A stretch of DNA of 50,013 bases from Octopus sinensis (Eukaryota), in the NCBI RefSeq assembly GCF_006345805.1, contig NW_021835120.1:1-50013 (forward strand). The letters run 5' to 3'. Both the position numbers and the translations under genes were made by a program. Of this stretch, positions 49,129-50,013 are shown in pieces (the first letter of the stretch is position 1; each line of letters opens with the position of its first letter). The notes under the pieces are model-generated. The model did no database searches and was not told the DNA's origin. It saw only the letters and a list, made by a program, of their open reading frames with translations.

Positions 49129-49667
49129 CGGGGAGAGAGATAGAGAGATAGAGAGAGACAGAGAGACAGAGACAGAGATAGATATATGATAGATGGATAA
49201 ATAGATAAAGAGAAAGAGAAAGAGCGATATATATAAATATATATATGCATATGTGGGCACAGGACGTCGCGAAACGTGTACAACAAAAATACGAAGTACG
49301 AGTACATGGAATATGAACTATGTTTCGATAAAAGAAAGACACTACAGGAAATCAAGACAAACGAAAGATAAAGAACGACCCTTCATCAGTTGTTGGCTGT
49401 TTTTCTACTCTCTTATTTCGAGTACTTAACAACAATATACGCTTTCGATACAACAGTTCGTCCCGCAATGCAAATTAAATAAAATTTGGGATTTTGCGGA
49501 GTGTCAAAATTGGAAACACAAACAGGACATTGAAAAAAAAAAGGAAGCCTAAACGTAGTGGCAAAGGCGTAAATCAAGCTTGGACAGGAGACAGACAAGA
49601 ACACGTCTTCCTTGTTCCAGTTACAACGGAGAGAAACACAAGTTCGGAGAAGAAAGAAAGATGGGCG

Positions 49668-49707
<40 letters not shown>

Positions 49708-50013
49708 GAGAGAGGGGGGAGAGAAAGAGAGATAGAGGAGAGAGACACATACATATATCTGTGGGTATTACTTTATATAGATGATGATGACAATGATCAT
49801 AATTAGAGAGTGGAGGAGGGGTCCGACTATCTTTAGTGGGTAGATTATCTGTCTTTTAGTGGTTAATTTGATTGGGTAGTTAGCATCATGTATGCAGAAG
49901 ATGATCAGGCCTCCTCTCAGGCAAGACATGAGTGTTTAATGTGTGTGCGTGAGTGTTTATGCACTCCTGTACTTGTGCAGATATCTTCGTTCAAGTCAAA
50001 GGAGAATTTAGAA

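Noticed and set aside
49378-49448. Type II-permuted hammerhead on minus (GAAA...TTGTTG/CAACAA-CTGATGA)
   Set aside because: Core and a 6-bp stem I are present, but stem III does not pair and stem II has at most 2 bp.

Overview
AT-rich, microsatellite-saturated eukaryotic DNA. The tRNA-derived SINE families look like those of octopus (coleoid cephalopod); this is inferred from recalled repeat sequences, not a search. Nearly all listed ORFs are translations of simple repeats. Well supported: many SINE copies (several with target-site duplications, one inverted pair, head-to-tail multimers); two Tx1/L1-clade ORF2 3' remnants; an RTE 3' remnant; the 3' end of a CRE-type restriction-like-endonuclease retrotransposon; a non-autonomous Helitron; a foldback (MITE-like) family in two copies; a tRNA-Trp(CCA) with a damaged acceptor stem; and an isolated, internally deleted 5.8S rRNA copy. 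Four Penelope-type terminal-repeat fragments each carry a minimal hammerhead ribozyme motif, all with some deviation. More tentative: an NRF1/CCAAT bidirectional-promoter-like island near 15.5 kb, a speculative minus-strand spliced gene that would need GC-AG introns, and an unexplained highly base-paired 130-nt segment at 23.2 kb. No protein-coding gene could be named. SINE family labels A, B and C are my own working names, and most repeat boundaries are approximate.
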